This document shows, piece after piece, positions 35,953-45,562 of a DNA stretch of 64,000 bases. Both the position numbers and the translations under genes were made by a program. The stretch spans positions 231 to 64,230 of the forward strand of contig JAFXJP010000048.1 in assembly GCA_017532155.1 (NCBI GenBank). Direction: 5' to 3'. Source of the DNA: Clostridia bacterium. GTDB lineage: Bacteria > Bacillota > Clostridia > Christensenellales > Aristaeellaceae. Positions within the stretch are counted from its first letter, which is position 1; each line of letters begins with the position of its first letter. A model generated the notes under the pieces. The model did no database searches and had not been told where the DNA came from. It worked only from the letters and a program-made list of their open reading frames with translations.

Positions 35953-37831
35953 TTACCTGCCTGTCCTCATCGTCGGCGCCATCATCGGTACCTTCGCTAC
36001 AATTTTCTTCCTTGCGTATCTGAAGATCCGCAAGCAGAAGGAAGCCATCGGCTTTGACCGCAATATGTCGGATGGCGAGATTATCCGCCGTCTGGCTGCC
36101 TACGTGAAGCCCTACTGGAAGAATTTCCTGGTTGTGCTTTGCATTATGCTCCTGTCGATTTCCTATGATCTGCTCTCGCCCATGATCGTGGGCCGCATTG
36201 AGGAAATGATCAAGGGCGACTTTGAAATGAGCGCGCTGCTGCGCGGCGTAATGGTATATGCCGGCGTGCTGCTCATCTCGGTGACGGGCACCTATTTCCA
36301 GTCCATCATCCTGCAAAAGACGGGCCAGAAGATATTGTCCACCGTGCGTCAGGATGTGTTCAATCACATTGAAAGCCTTTCTCATGAGCAGCTGAACCAG
36401 ATTCCTGTGGGCAAGCTGGTAACCCGCGTGACCAATGACACCAACGCGCTGTCGATGACCTTTACAAACGTTCTGGTGCAGATGGTCAAGAATGCCTTTG
36501 TCATTGCGGGCGTGCTGGTGGCGATGCTGCTGCTCAATTACCAGCTGACGCTGATGGTGCTCTGCTTTGTGCCCTTCGTTGTGCTGTTCACCTTCATCTT
36601 CCGCAAGTTTGCGCGCAAGGTGTACCGCCGCGTGAAGGACTGCACCACGGATATCAATACCTATCTTTCCGAAAACCTGTCCGGCATCAAAATCACGCAG
36701 GTGTTCAACCGCGAAGAGCGCAAGATGCAGGAATTTAAGGAAAAGAGCGATGCGCTCAAGCGCGCCAAGAAGAACCAGACGTTTGTGTTCGGTATCTTCC
36801 GCCCGATGATTTACATGCTCAATATTTCCTCGGTTATGTGCCTGCTGTACCTGGGCGGCAAGGGATATATTGAGAATACCACCTTCATGGGACAGGCGCT
36901 CACCAGCGGTACGCTGGTATCCTTCTACATGTACATTTCGCGCTTCTACAATCCGATCCAGACGCTGGCTGAGCAGTTTAACGCCTTGCAGGCGGCCTTT
37001 GCTTCGGCGGAGAAGATCTTCTCTATCCTTGATATGAAGCCCGTTGTGGTGGATGAAGAAGACGCTGTTGAACTGGATGAGATCAAGGGCGAAATCGAAT
37101 TCAAGGACGTATGGTTTGCTTACAAGGAAGGCGAATGGGTGCTCAAGGGCGTTTCCTTCCATGTGGAGCCCAGGCAGACGGTCGCTTTTGTGGGATCGAC
37201 GGGCTCTGGTAAATCCACCATTCTGTCGCTGATTTGCCGCAACTACGATATTCAGAAGGGCCAGATCCTCATCGACGGCATAGACATCAAAAAGATCAAG
37301 ATTTCCTCTCTGCGCCGTCACTTTGGTCAGATGCTGCAGGATGTGTTCCTCTTCTCGGGTACGATCCGCTCCAATATCGTGCTGTCTGAGGACAAATGGA
37401 CGGATGAAGAAATCCAGGCTGCATGTCATTATGTAAACGCTGATTCCTTCATTAACCGTCTGGAAGACGGCCTGGATGAAGTGGTGCGTGAGCGCGGAAA
37501 CAATTTCTCCGCCGGCCAGCGCCAGCTTTTGTCCTTTGCCCGTACAATCATCCACAAGCCTTCGGTGATGATTCTGGATGAGGCGACGGCCAACATCGAT
37601 ACCGAAACCGAACTGCTGATTCAGGATTCTCTTGAAAAGATGAAGAACATCGGCACGATGCTGATTGTGGCGCACCGTCTGTCGACGATCCAGCATGCGG
37701 ACAATATCATTCTTTTGTCGCAGGGCAAGATCATCGAGCAGGGAACGCATCAGGAATTGCTGCACCTCAAGGGACGGTATCATCAGCTGTACACGCTGCA
37801 GTTCCACAAAGAACAGCTGCGCGTAAAATAA
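35945..37831 (+). CDS. ABC exporter half-transporter (TMD-NBD fusion), subunit 2
   Basis: Walker A GSTGSGKST, signature FSAGQRQL, Walker B MILDEA. An 8-nt overlap with subunit 1 suggests a heterodimer. Confidence 0.9.
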   Translation: MRNYLPVLIVGAIIGTFATIFFLAYLKIRKQKEAIGFDRNMSDGEIIRRLAAYVKPYWKNFLVVLCIMLLSISYDLLSPMIVGRIEEMIKGDFEMSALLRGVMVYAGVLLISVTGTYFQSIILQKTGQKILSTVRQDVFNHIESLSHEQLNQIPVGKLVTRVTNDTNALSMTFTNVLVQMVKNAFVIAGVLVAMLLLNYQLTLMVLCFVPFVVLFTFIFRKFARKVYRRVKDCTTDINTYLSENLSGIKITQVFNREERKMQEFKEKSDALKRAKKNQTFVFGIFRPMIYMLNISSVMCLLYLGGKGYIENTTFMGQALTSGTLVSFYMYISRFYNPIQTLAEQFNALQAAFASAEKIFSILDMKPVVVDEEDAVELDEIKGEIEFKDVWFAYKEGEWVLKGVSFHVEPRQTVAFVGSTGSGKSTILSLICRNYDIQKGQILIDGIDIKKIKISSLRRHFGQMLQDVFLFSGTIRSNIVLSEDKWTDEEIQAACHYVNADSFINRLEDGLDEVVRERGNNFSAGQRQLLSFARTIIHKPSVMILDEATANIDTETELLIQDSLEKMKNIGTMLIVAHRLSTIQHADNIILLSQGKIIEQGTHQELLHLKGRYHQLYTLQFHKEQLRVK

Positions 37832-37841
37832 GTCAAAATAG

Positions 37842-37871
37842 CCGGAGCGGTATAACGCCGCTTCGGTTTTT
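37842..37871 (+). terminator. Rho-independent terminator after the ABC exporter pair
   Basis: Stem CCGGAGCGG / CCGCTTCGG (one G-U pair), then T5. Confidence 0.75.
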
Positions 37872-37873
37872 CG

Positions 37874-37902
37874 TTGACAGAAAATAGGAAAAAGGCTATA
37901 AT
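37874..37902 (+). promoter_or_regulatory. Consensus sigma-A promoter of galK-galT
   Basis: TTGACA at 37874-37879, a 17-nt spacer, TATAAT at 37897-37902. Confidence 0.7.
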
Positions 37903-37956
37903 AAACATAATTATGTACGTTCAGTGCAACATGGCATTGCACGGAGAGGGGAAAAT

Positions 37957-39135
37957 ATGTACGAACATATGAAAGCGCAATTTCATACGGTTTTTCATAA
38001 AGAGGCGGAGTATGTATACTCGGCGCCGGGCCGCAGCGAACTGAGCGGCAATCATACCGACCATCAGCACGGCTGCGTGCTGGCGGCGGCCATCAATCTG
38101 GAAGCCATCGCTTGCGTAGCGCGCAATGACGAAAATACCATCCGCATCCAGTCCAAGGGCTATCCGATGTGCACGGTGGATCTGAGTGATCTTTCTGTGC
38201 ATGAGGAAGAAAAGAACACCACCATGGCGCTGATTCGCGGCGTGGCGGCGCGTATGAAGGAACTGGGCTGCGATGTGCAGGGCTTTGACGCGTATGTGGA
38301 ATCCACCGTGCTGCCCGGCAGCGGTCTGAGCTCTTCTGCTGCCTTTGAAGTGCTGGTCGGTACGATTATCAACGGCGTGTTCTTTGATAACAAGTGCACG
38401 GCGGTGGAAATTGCCCAGATCAGCCAGTATGCCGAAAATGTGTACTTTGGCAAGCCCTGCGGCCTGATGGATCAGATGGCGTGCTCTGTGGGCAATATCA
38501 TCAGCATTGACTTTGCCGATACTGCAAACCCTGTGATTGAGCGGATCGACTTTGATTTCCCCAAGGCGGGCTATGCGCTGTGCATCATCGATTCCGGCGC
38601 GGATCATGCCGACCTGACGGATGAATATGCCGATATCACCAAGGAACTTAAGGCTGTGTGCGCTGTGTTTGGCAAGAATTATCTGCGCGAAGTGGATGAG
38701 GATGAATTCTACGACAGGATTCCCGAAGTGCGCGCGGCGGCGGGCGATCGCGGCGTGATGCGTGCGATGCACATTTTTGACGAGAACAAGCGCGTCAAAA
38801 AGCAGGTGGAAGCGCTGAAAAACGACGATTTTGACACCTTCCTGCAGTATGTGATTCTGTCCGGTCAGTCTTCGTGGATGTATCTGCAAAATGTCATTCC
38901 CACCGGCGCCAAGGGCCATCAGGAAGTGGCGCTGGCGCTGGGCGTAACCAGAAAGCTGCTGGCAGGTCAGGGCGCTTATCGCGTACATGGCGGCGGCTTT
39001 GCCGGTACCATTCAGGCCTTTGTGCCCCTGGCCATGCTGGATGATTTCAAGGCGGGCATCGAAAAGGTGCTGGGCGAGGGCAGCTGCCATGTTCTGTCTA
39101 TCCGCGCTGAGGGCGGCGTAAAGCTGGAGGGCTGA
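37957..39135 (+). CDS. galK: Galactokinase
   Basis: ATG at 37957 after GGAGAGGGG. GalK signature GRSELSGNHTDHQHG. GHMP motif PGSGLSSSAA. Confidence 0.93.
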   Translation: MYEHMKAQFHTVFHKEAEYVYSAPGRSELSGNHTDHQHGCVLAAAINLEAIACVARNDENTIRIQSKGYPMCTVDLSDLSVHEEEKNTTMALIRGVAARMKELGCDVQGFDAYVESTVLPGSGLSSSAAFEVLVGTIINGVFFDNKCTAVEIAQISQYAENVYFGKPCGLMDQMACSVGNIISIDFADTANPVIERIDFDFPKAGYALCIIDSGADHADLTDEYADITKELKAVCAVFGKNYLREVDEDEFYDRIPEVRAAAGDRGVMRAMHIFDENKRVKKQVEALKNDDFDTFLQYVILSGQSSWMYLQNVIPTGAKGHQEVALALGVTRKLLAGQGAYRVHGGGFAGTIQAFVPLAMLDDFKAGIEKVLGEGSCHVLSIRAEGGVKLEG

Positions 39136-39136
39136 A

Positions 39137-40627
39137 ATGATTGACAATTATATTCTCGCGCTGGTTGACTATGCCGTTAAATGCGGCCTGATTGAAAAAG
39201 AAGATACACATTACGCCGTTAACTGCATTCTGGAAGTGATGCAGCTGGATGGGGTGCAGGAGGGCGCTGTTGCGGCGGATTGCACGCTGGCTGAGGTACT
39301 GGAGTATCTGACGGACGATGCGGTTGCCCGCGGCGTATGCGATGACAACGGTACGGCCAGAGAGCTGTTTGACACCCGTCTTATGGGCGTGCTCACGCCT
39401 TTCCCGCATGAGGTGCGCAAGCATTTCAAAGCGCTGTATGCGGAAAAGCCCGAAAAGGCGACGGACTGGTTTTACAAGTTCAGCCAGGATACCAACTACA
39501 TTCGTCGCGACCGCATCGTGAGGGACAAAAAGTGGAAGTATGCCTGTGAATACGGCGAACTGGACATCACCATCAATCTGTCCAAGCCGGAGAAGGATCC
39601 CCGCGCCATTGCTGCGGCCAAGCTGGCGCCGCAGTCGGGCTATCCCAAGTGCCTGCTGTGCATTGAAAATGAAGGGTATGCCGGGCGCATGAATCATCCT
39701 GCGCGGCAGAATCACCGCATTATTCCCATGCACATGGGCGGGTGCGATTTCTTCATGCAGTATTCTCCCTATGTGTATTACAACGAGCATTGCATTGTGT
39801 TCAACGCCGAGCATACGGCGATGAAGATTGACCGCGCGGTATTTGGAAAGCTGCTGGATTTTGTGGAGATTTTCCCGCATTACATGCTGGGCTCCAATGC
39901 TGATTTGCCCATCGTGGGCGGCTCTATTCTCAGCCATGATCATTACCAGGGCGGCCGCTATACCTTTGCGATGGAGACGGCGCCGATTGAGAAGGAAATT
40001 GCCTTCAAGGGCTTTGAGGATGTAAAGGCCGGTATCGTCAAGTGGCCCATGTCCGTGATCCGCCTGAATGGCAGAGACAAGGCGCGTCTGGTGGATCTGG
40101 CAGACAAAATCCTGGCCTGCTGGCGCGGATATACCGATGAAGATGCGTTTGTCTATGCGTACACGGAGGATATGCCGCACAACACCATCACGCCCATTGC
40201 GCGCATGAAGGACGGCACTTTTGAACTGGACCTGGTGCTGCGCAACAATATCACCACCGATGAGCATCCTCTGGGCGTGTACCATCCGCATGAAAAGCTG
40301 CATCACATCAAAAAAGAGAACATCGGCCTGATTGAAGTGATGGGTCTGGCGGTGCTGCCAGCGCGTCTGGATAAAGAATTGCAGCTGCTGGAGGAAGCCA
40401 TCCTCAGCGGCGCCGATCTGTATGCGGATGAGACGCTCAGCAAGCATGCGCCTTGGGCGGAAGAACTGAAAAAGGAGTACGCCTTCACCGCCGAAAACAC
40501 CATGGACATTCTCAAAAAGGAAGTGGGCAAGGTGTTTATGCAGGTGCTGTGCGACGCTGGCGTGTATAAACGCACGGAAGCGGGCCAGAATGCCTTCCTG
40601 CGCTTTGTAGAGGCTGTGAACAAATAA
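39137..40627 (+). CDS. galT: UDP-glucose--hexose-1-phosphate uridylyltransferase (long, type 2 GalT)
   Basis: About 496 aa, the Firmicute-type length. Starts 1 nt after the galK stop. Motif SHDHYQGG. Confidence 0.88.
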   Translation: MIDNYILALVDYAVKCGLIEKEDTHYAVNCILEVMQLDGVQEGAVAADCTLAEVLEYLTDDAVARGVCDDNGTARELFDTRLMGVLTPFPHEVRKHFKALYAEKPEKATDWFYKFSQDTNYIRRDRIVRDKKWKYACEYGELDITINLSKPEKDPRAIAAAKLAPQSGYPKCLLCIENEGYAGRMNHPARQNHRIIPMHMGGCDFFMQYSPYVYYNEHCIVFNAEHTAMKIDRAVFGKLLDFVEIFPHYMLGSNADLPIVGGSILSHDHYQGGRYTFAMETAPIEKEIAFKGFEDVKAGIVKWPMSVIRLNGRDKARLVDLADKILACWRGYTDEDAFVYAYTEDMPHNTITPIARMKDGTFELDLVLRNNITTDEHPLGVYHPHEKLHHIKKENIGLIEVMGLAVLPARLDKELQLLEEAILSGADLYADETLSKHAPWAEELKKEYAFTAENTMDILKKEVGKVFMQVLCDAGVYKRTEAGQNAFLRFVEAVNK

Positions 40628-40642
40628 ATCCATATCCAATCA

Positions 40643-40667
40643 AAAAGACCGCCACAGGCGGTCTTTT
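40643..40667. terminator. Bidirectional terminator
   Basis: Stem AAAAGACCGCC / GGCGGTCTTTT between convergent galT and trkH. Confidence 0.85.
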
Positions 40668-40674
40668 GCTTTGT

Positions 40675-42150
40675 TTAGAAGGTATGCGTTTTTTGCTTGG
40701 GCGCTCTGGTCCATATGCCCGGCGCAAACAAGAGCAGGATGGGGAAAATCTCCAGGCGGCCTGCCAGCATATTAAAGGACAGCAGCAGCTTGCTGAACAC
40801 GGAAAAACTGCCGTAGTTGGCTGCCGGACCAACGACATTGAAGCCCGGGCCGATGTTATTGAGACAGGCCAGCATGGCGGAGACGGAGGTTTCAAACGTG
40901 AAGCCTTCCAGCGAGAGCAGCAGCACCGTGCTAAGCGCAATCATGCAGTATACGCCAAAGTAGGCATACAGTGTGCGGATGGTGCTGTCGGGCACAGCCT
41001 TGCCATCCATTTTGACGGGACGAATCATGTTGGGATGCAGCAGACGCTGTGTTTCTACGCGCAGGCTCTTGAAGAGCATCAGGATGCGCGAGCATTTGAC
41101 GCCGCCGCCGGTAGAGCCGGCACAGGCGCCGATGACCATCAGCGTCATCAAAAGCACATGGCACAGCTGCGGCCAGATTTCGTAGTCAAGTGTGCAATAG
41201 CCTGTGGTTGTCATGATGGATGCTACCTGGAAAGCGGCATGACGCACAGAATCGCTGACATTGCCATTGAGCGAAGGCAGGACGCACAACGTAATGATGA
41301 TGACGGATACCAGAATGACGCTCAGATAGAAACGCAGTTCTTCATCGCGCCACACGCGGCCGAAGGAGCGCAAAAGAATCAGATAATAGAGGCTGAAATT
41401 GACGCCAAAGAGGATCATGAAGACCGTGATCACCCATTGCAGATAGGGGCTGTAGGACATGATGCTGTCGTTTTTGACAGCAAAGCCGCCCGTGCCTGCG
41501 GTGCCGAAAGACAGCGTGACGGCATCAAAGATGGGCATGCCGCCCAGCAGCAGGAGGATGATTTCCAATACCGTCATGCCGGTATAGATCAGATAGAGGA
41601 TACGTGCGGTCTGCATGGTGCGCGGCACCAGCTTGCTTACCTGCGGGCCGGGAGATTCGGCGCGCATGATGAACATGGAGTCGCCCTTGCCGCCGGCATA
41701 GGTAGAGACTGCCAGCAGGAAAACCAGCACGCCCATGCCGCCGACCCAGTGGGTGAAGGAACGCCAGTACAGAATGCTGTAGGGCAGGGATTCTACCTCG
41801 CTGAGGATGCTGGCGCCGGTTGTAGTAAAGCCGGAGATGGTTTCAAACAGGCAATCGACATAGCTTTTGATGCTGCCCGACAGATAAAAGGGCAGCGCGC
41901 CTACTGCAGAGAGGACGATCCACACCAGCGCGGTGATGACAAAGCCTTCGCGCGCATAGAAGGTGGTTTTTTGCGGCTTGAAGATATTGGTGGCAAGGCT
42001 GATAAACAGCATGAGCAGAATGGTTACAGCAAAGGCCAGCACGGCGGCATTTTCATGGCAGCACATGGCGATGACCAGCGCCGGCAGCATCAGCAGGGCC
42101 ACAATGCGCAGTGTGATGGAAAGCATGCGCACGATCATTCGGTAATTCAT
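40675..42150 (-). CDS. trkH: TrkH-family potassium uptake membrane subunit
   Basis: Polytopic, 491 aa, with repeated TTTG/GTGG selectivity-filter-like motifs. Immediately downstream of trkA. Confidence 0.88.
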   Translation of the reverse strand: MNYRMIVRMLSITLRIVALLMLPALVIAMCCHENAAVLAFAVTILLMLFISLATNIFKPQKTTFYAREGFVITALVWIVLSAVGALPFYLSGSIKSYVDCLFETISGFTTTGASILSEVESLPYSILYWRSFTHWVGGMGVLVFLLAVSTYAGGKGDSMFIMRAESPGPQVSKLVPRTMQTARILYLIYTGMTVLEIILLLLGGMPIFDAVTLSFGTAGTGGFAVKNDSIMSYSPYLQWVITVFMILFGVNFSLYYLILLRSFGRVWRDEELRFYLSVILVSVIIITLCVLPSLNGNVSDSVRHAAFQVASIMTTTGYCTLDYEIWPQLCHVLLMTLMVIGACAGSTGGGVKCSRILMLFKSLRVETQRLLHPNMIRPVKMDGKAVPDSTIRTLYAYFGVYCMIALSTVLLLSLEGFTFETSVSAMLACLNNIGPGFNVVGPAANYGSFSVFSKLLLSFNMLAGRLEIFPILLLFAPGIWTRAPKQKTHTF

Positions 42151-42161
42151 ACAGCCTCCCT

Positions 42162-43538
42162 TTAATCCTGCGGCTGAATGTCAAAGATGTCGTTCAGATC
42201 GCTGAGCTTACGGTCCGAGCGCGTAACGATTACAACGCTGTCGCCTTCCTGGAAGTGGTCATCGCCGCGCGGGATGATAACCTGACCGCGGCGGCTGATG
42301 GCGGCAACCAGAATGCCTTTGCTGACGGGAACGTCAATCAGCGGCATATCCAGATACTGCGTATCCTTGTTGACGCGGAATTCCAGCGCCTCTACCTCGC
42401 CGCCTACCATGCGGTGCAGGGCGACCATGCTGCTTTCGTCCTTGCGGTTTTCCATCGAGCGGACATAGCGCAGAATATCGCTGGATACCTGGATGCGCGG
42501 GCTGATAATGCTTTCGTTATTGGAATCGCGCATGAAATCCTCGTAATCCAGACGGTTGACCTTGGTGATGACCTTGGGCACGCCCAGATGGCTGCCGTAC
42601 ATGGAGATGACCAGGTTCTGTTCGTCGATATTGGTGAGGGTTATCAGTGCGCCGACTGTCTCCAGTCCTTCGTTAAGCAGCGTCTGGAAGGAGGTGCCGT
42701 CGGCATGGGTGATGATGGCGTCGGGCAGCATATCGCCCAGCTGCATGCATTTGTCGTAGTCTTTTTCGATGATTTTCACCTGCATGCCGGCGTCGCACAG
42801 CATCTTGCCAAGATGCACGGCGATGCGGCTGCCGCCTACCAGCATGACAGAGCGGATGCGGGCCTTTTCAAGCTCCAGCACCTTGATCAGTGTAACCAGA
42901 TCGCTGGCGGGGGCGGTGACGTGCATGATATCGCCGCCTTTGAGCACAAAGCTGCCGTCGGGGATAATGACCTCGCCCTCGCGTTCTACCGCGCAGATCA
43001 GCACGCGGATCTTGAGTGCTTTATACAATTGCGGCAGCGGCATGCCGTCCAGCTTGCTGCCCTCGTGCACGGGAATGGCGACGATCTGCGCGCGGCCCTT
43101 GGCAAAGGTTTCGCGCTTGGTGAAGGAGGGAAATTTAAGCAGGCCGAAAATTTCGCGTGCGGCAATTTTTTCGGGGTTGACGCTCATGCTCAGTCCCAGC
43201 TCATCGCGCAGCAGATACTGCGCTTCAAGATATTCGCTGCTGCGCACGCGGGCAATGGTATGCTTGCAGCCGAGCTTTCGGCCCACCATACAGCACAAAA
43301 GGTTGGTTTCATCCGCCGAGGTGACGGCGATAAGCAGATCGGCTGAGGGTACGCCGGCCTCGCGCTGGAGCGATGCGCTGGCGCCGTTGCCTTCCATGAC
43401 CATGACGTCCAGATGATCTGCCGCCTGGCTGAGCGCGCCGCGGTGGCTGTCGATGACCGTCAGGTCATGACCTTCCTGGCTGAGCGCCTGCGTCAGGGTA
43501 AAGCCAACTTTACCGTCGCCGATAATGACAATTTTCAT
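42162..43538 (-). CDS. trkA: TrkA potassium-uptake NAD-binding subunit (tandem RCK domains)
   Basis: Trimmed from ORF 42162..43742 to the ATG at 43538 after AAAGGAGAG. MKIVIIGDGKVG and a second Rossmann motif VMLVGGSRIAV. Confidence 0.9.
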   Translation of the reverse strand: MKIVIIGDGKVGFTLTQALSQEGHDLTVIDSHRGALSQAADHLDVMVMEGNGASASLQREAGVPSADLLIAVTSADETNLLCCMVGRKLGCKHTIARVRSSEYLEAQYLLRDELGLSMSVNPEKIAAREIFGLLKFPSFTKRETFAKGRAQIVAIPVHEGSKLDGMPLPQLYKALKIRVLICAVEREGEVIIPDGSFVLKGGDIMHVTAPASDLVTLIKVLELEKARIRSVMLVGGSRIAVHLGKMLCDAGMQVKIIEKDYDKCMQLGDMLPDAIITHADGTSFQTLLNEGLETVGALITLTNIDEQNLVISMYGSHLGVPKVITKVNRLDYEDFMRDSNNESIISPRIQVSSDILRYVRSMENRKDESSMVALHRMVGGEVEALEFRVNKDTQYLDMPLIDVPVSKGILVAAISRRGQVIIPRGDDHFQEGDSVVIVTRSDRKLSDLNDIFDIQPQD

Positions 43539-43635
43539 AATTTCTCTCCTTTGGTGAAGAAAAAATAGACAATATATCATAGCACTTTTCGTATAAAAAT
43601 GCAACAAAGGAAGCGGTGGTTGTGAATTGCGGCAA

Positions 43636-43666
43636 GAAAAGACGCCCTCTTTTGACGAGAGGACGT
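43636..43666 (-). terminator. Rho-independent terminator after the cvpA-like gene
   Basis: On the minus strand: stem ACGTCCTCT / AGAGGGCGT (one G-U pair), followed by CTTTTCTT. Confidence 0.65.
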
Positions 43667-43671
43667 GAATT

Positions 43672-44376
43672 TTAGCTGCCGGTGACAACGCGAATGAAAA
43701 ATCCGCTGCTGGAGAATACCGTGGCCAGCGTGCTTTGGTCAAACAGCGTCTTGACCAGATTGACAGGAATGATGGTCAGTACGATAGGGAAAAGCAGCGA
43801 CAGCACATAGAGGATCAGCATGCCGCGAAGCAGTCCGAATACGCCGCCGACCAGCCCGTCAAAGTGCTTGAGCACGGGGAAACGGAACACATGATTGATC
43901 AGCGTGATGGCAAAGTGCAGCGCGATGGCGCACAGCGCGTAGGTGCCTGCAAAGCACACAGCCTTAAGCGATACGGCGACGATGGTGTAGGCAACGTAAT
44001 CATTGACCGTAACAAGGCCGGAGGAAGCAAACACGCACTGGGACATGTTGCTCTCCAGGATGCCCAGAATGCTTTGCGGCAGCGTCAGACTGTTGATAAC
44101 GGCCTGCAGGGCGGATTGACTGATGCCCTGCACAGCGGTGGTAGCCAGCGTATAGTCGCCCACCAGCGCGTTTGCGTCGGTATAGGTGGAGAGCAGCTCC
44201 ATCACGCCCCGGTTGGCGCCCAGCCAGGCGGCAATGTGCGGAGCGATCAGAAAGGTCAGCGGAAAGGCAACCAGGCTGGCAGCGAGCCCCCAGAGGGAGG
44301 CGACAGAGCCGCGGTACATGCCAAAGAGAATGCTGGAAAAAAGCAGCAGAAGAAGCACGATATCGATGATATTCAT
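43672..44376 (-). CDS. CvpA-family membrane protein
   Basis: MNIIDIVLLLLLFSSILFGMYRGSV is a typical CvpA N-terminus. Four or more TM segments. Confidence 0.75.
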   Translation of the reverse strand: MNIIDIVLLLLLFSSILFGMYRGSVASLWGLAASLVAFPLTFLIAPHIAAWLGANRGVMELLSTYTDANALVGDYTLATTAVQGISQSALQAVINSLTLPQSILGILESNMSQCVFASSGLVTVNDYVAYTIVAVSLKAVCFAGTYALCAIALHFAITLINHVFRFPVLKHFDGLVGGVFGLLRGMLILYVLSLLFPIVLTIIPVNLVKTLFDQSTLATVFSSSGFFIRVVTGS

Positions 44377-44386
44377 GGAAAATACC

Positions 44387-45493
44387 TTAGGGGATGGTCA
44401 CAGCCCATACTTCCGAGCCGCAGGCGAGCAGCGCCGTGCCATCGCTGGTCATGCCAAGATAGCCGGTGACGGCATTATCTACCGGCAGGCGCAGCGCGGT
44501 GAAACGCTGGGCGTTCATATCGGCGCGATAAAGGCTGTCGGAGGAGAAGGCGTACAGCTTCTTATTGCGGATGCCTGCGCCAACGCAGGTATCGGGCAGG
44601 GAGTAGCGGGTGTCGGTGCTGCCGTGCAGAAGCCTCAATTCGGTGATGGCGCCGGCCTGGTCTGTCTGCAGCACGGTAGCAAACAGAAGATAAGGATAGC
44701 CGTTGGTGGTCACATGATCAATCAGCTCCCAGCCGTAAACCAGCACGGTATCCTGCGCGCTTTGCGTGCCGCGGAAGTCGTAAAGTCGCAGCTGGCGGGT
44801 GTTGATCACATTGAGCTTGTCGCCCGAATAAACGACCGAATAGGTGATGGGCTCGCCCAGAGATACGGCGGCAATATCCATTTTGCCCACCTGATAGGTG
44901 TTGAGCGTGGTTTCGGGCACGGCGCCGTATACGTCCAGCGCCGTCGTCCACAAGTATTCGCCGTTGCCAAAGAAGCCGCAGTCGAGGATGAGCAGCTGGC
45001 TGTAGGTGCTCTGCCAGTCGTCCACATGCGCGCCCTGCAGATCCTTGACGGTCAATACGGTATTCATACCCTCGCCCGATACGATGGCGACGTATTTTTC
45101 GCCGGCTCTGGCGAACTGGATACGGTCTGTCATGCGATCGTTATAGGTAGAACGGCCGTTGCGGTCCAGCAGCTGCACCTGATCGTTCACCCACACCACC
45201 ACATGGCGGGGGCCGGCGTGGAAGGATGCGCCCTCGCCGACGGAGACGCTCCACAGCTCGTTTCCGGCGGTGGAGAGGCAAAAGAGCGTCTGATTGTCAT
45301 AATAGAGGATGCGGTCGCCAAAGACGGTTACATCCTGGCTGACGACGCAGCGCAGCTTTTTGCCTGTCATGTTGCCAGAACCGCCCGTCAGCAGGCCCAG
45401 AATATAGGCGATGAGCACAATCAGGACAACGACGGCGGCCAGCAGGGCCACGCGCTTCCATTTGATCGGCTTGTGGTTCATATCATAATTCAT
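44387..45493 (-). CDS. Membrane-anchored protein of unknown function (single N-terminal TM, beta-rich ectodomain)
   Basis: GGGAGG RBS. TM segment VALLAAVVVLIVLIAYILGLL. No catalytic motif recognised. Confidence 0.7.
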   Translation of the reverse strand: MNYDMNHKPIKWKRVALLAAVVVLIVLIAYILGLLTGGSGNMTGKKLRCVVSQDVTVFGDRILYYDNQTLFCLSTAGNELWSVSVGEGASFHAGPRHVVVWVNDQVQLLDRNGRSTYNDRMTDRIQFARAGEKYVAIVSGEGMNTVLTVKDLQGAHVDDWQSTYSQLLILDCGFFGNGEYLWTTALDVYGAVPETTLNTYQVGKMDIAAVSLGEPITYSVVYSGDKLNVINTRQLRLYDFRGTQSAQDTVLVYGWELIDHVTTNGYPYLLFATVLQTDQAGAITELRLLHGSTDTRYSLPDTCVGAGIRNKKLYAFSSDSLYRADMNAQRFTALRLPVDNAVTGYLGMTSDGTALLACGSEVWAVTIP

Positions 45494-45562
45494 GTGTACC
45501 TCCCGTGTACACGCTCATTATACGCTTTTGTGTGCAGCCTTGCAAGGGCTGCATTTTGGCAG

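Noticed and set aside
43539-43671. A c-di-AMP (ydaO-type) or other riboswitch upstream of trkA-trkH.
   Set aside because: The intergenic region is only 133 nt. It is already occupied by the cvpA terminator and a plausible promoter (TTGCAT-17-TATGAT), so there is no room for a riboswitch of about 130 nt, and I saw no conserved ACGGGGA/CCCA-type segments.
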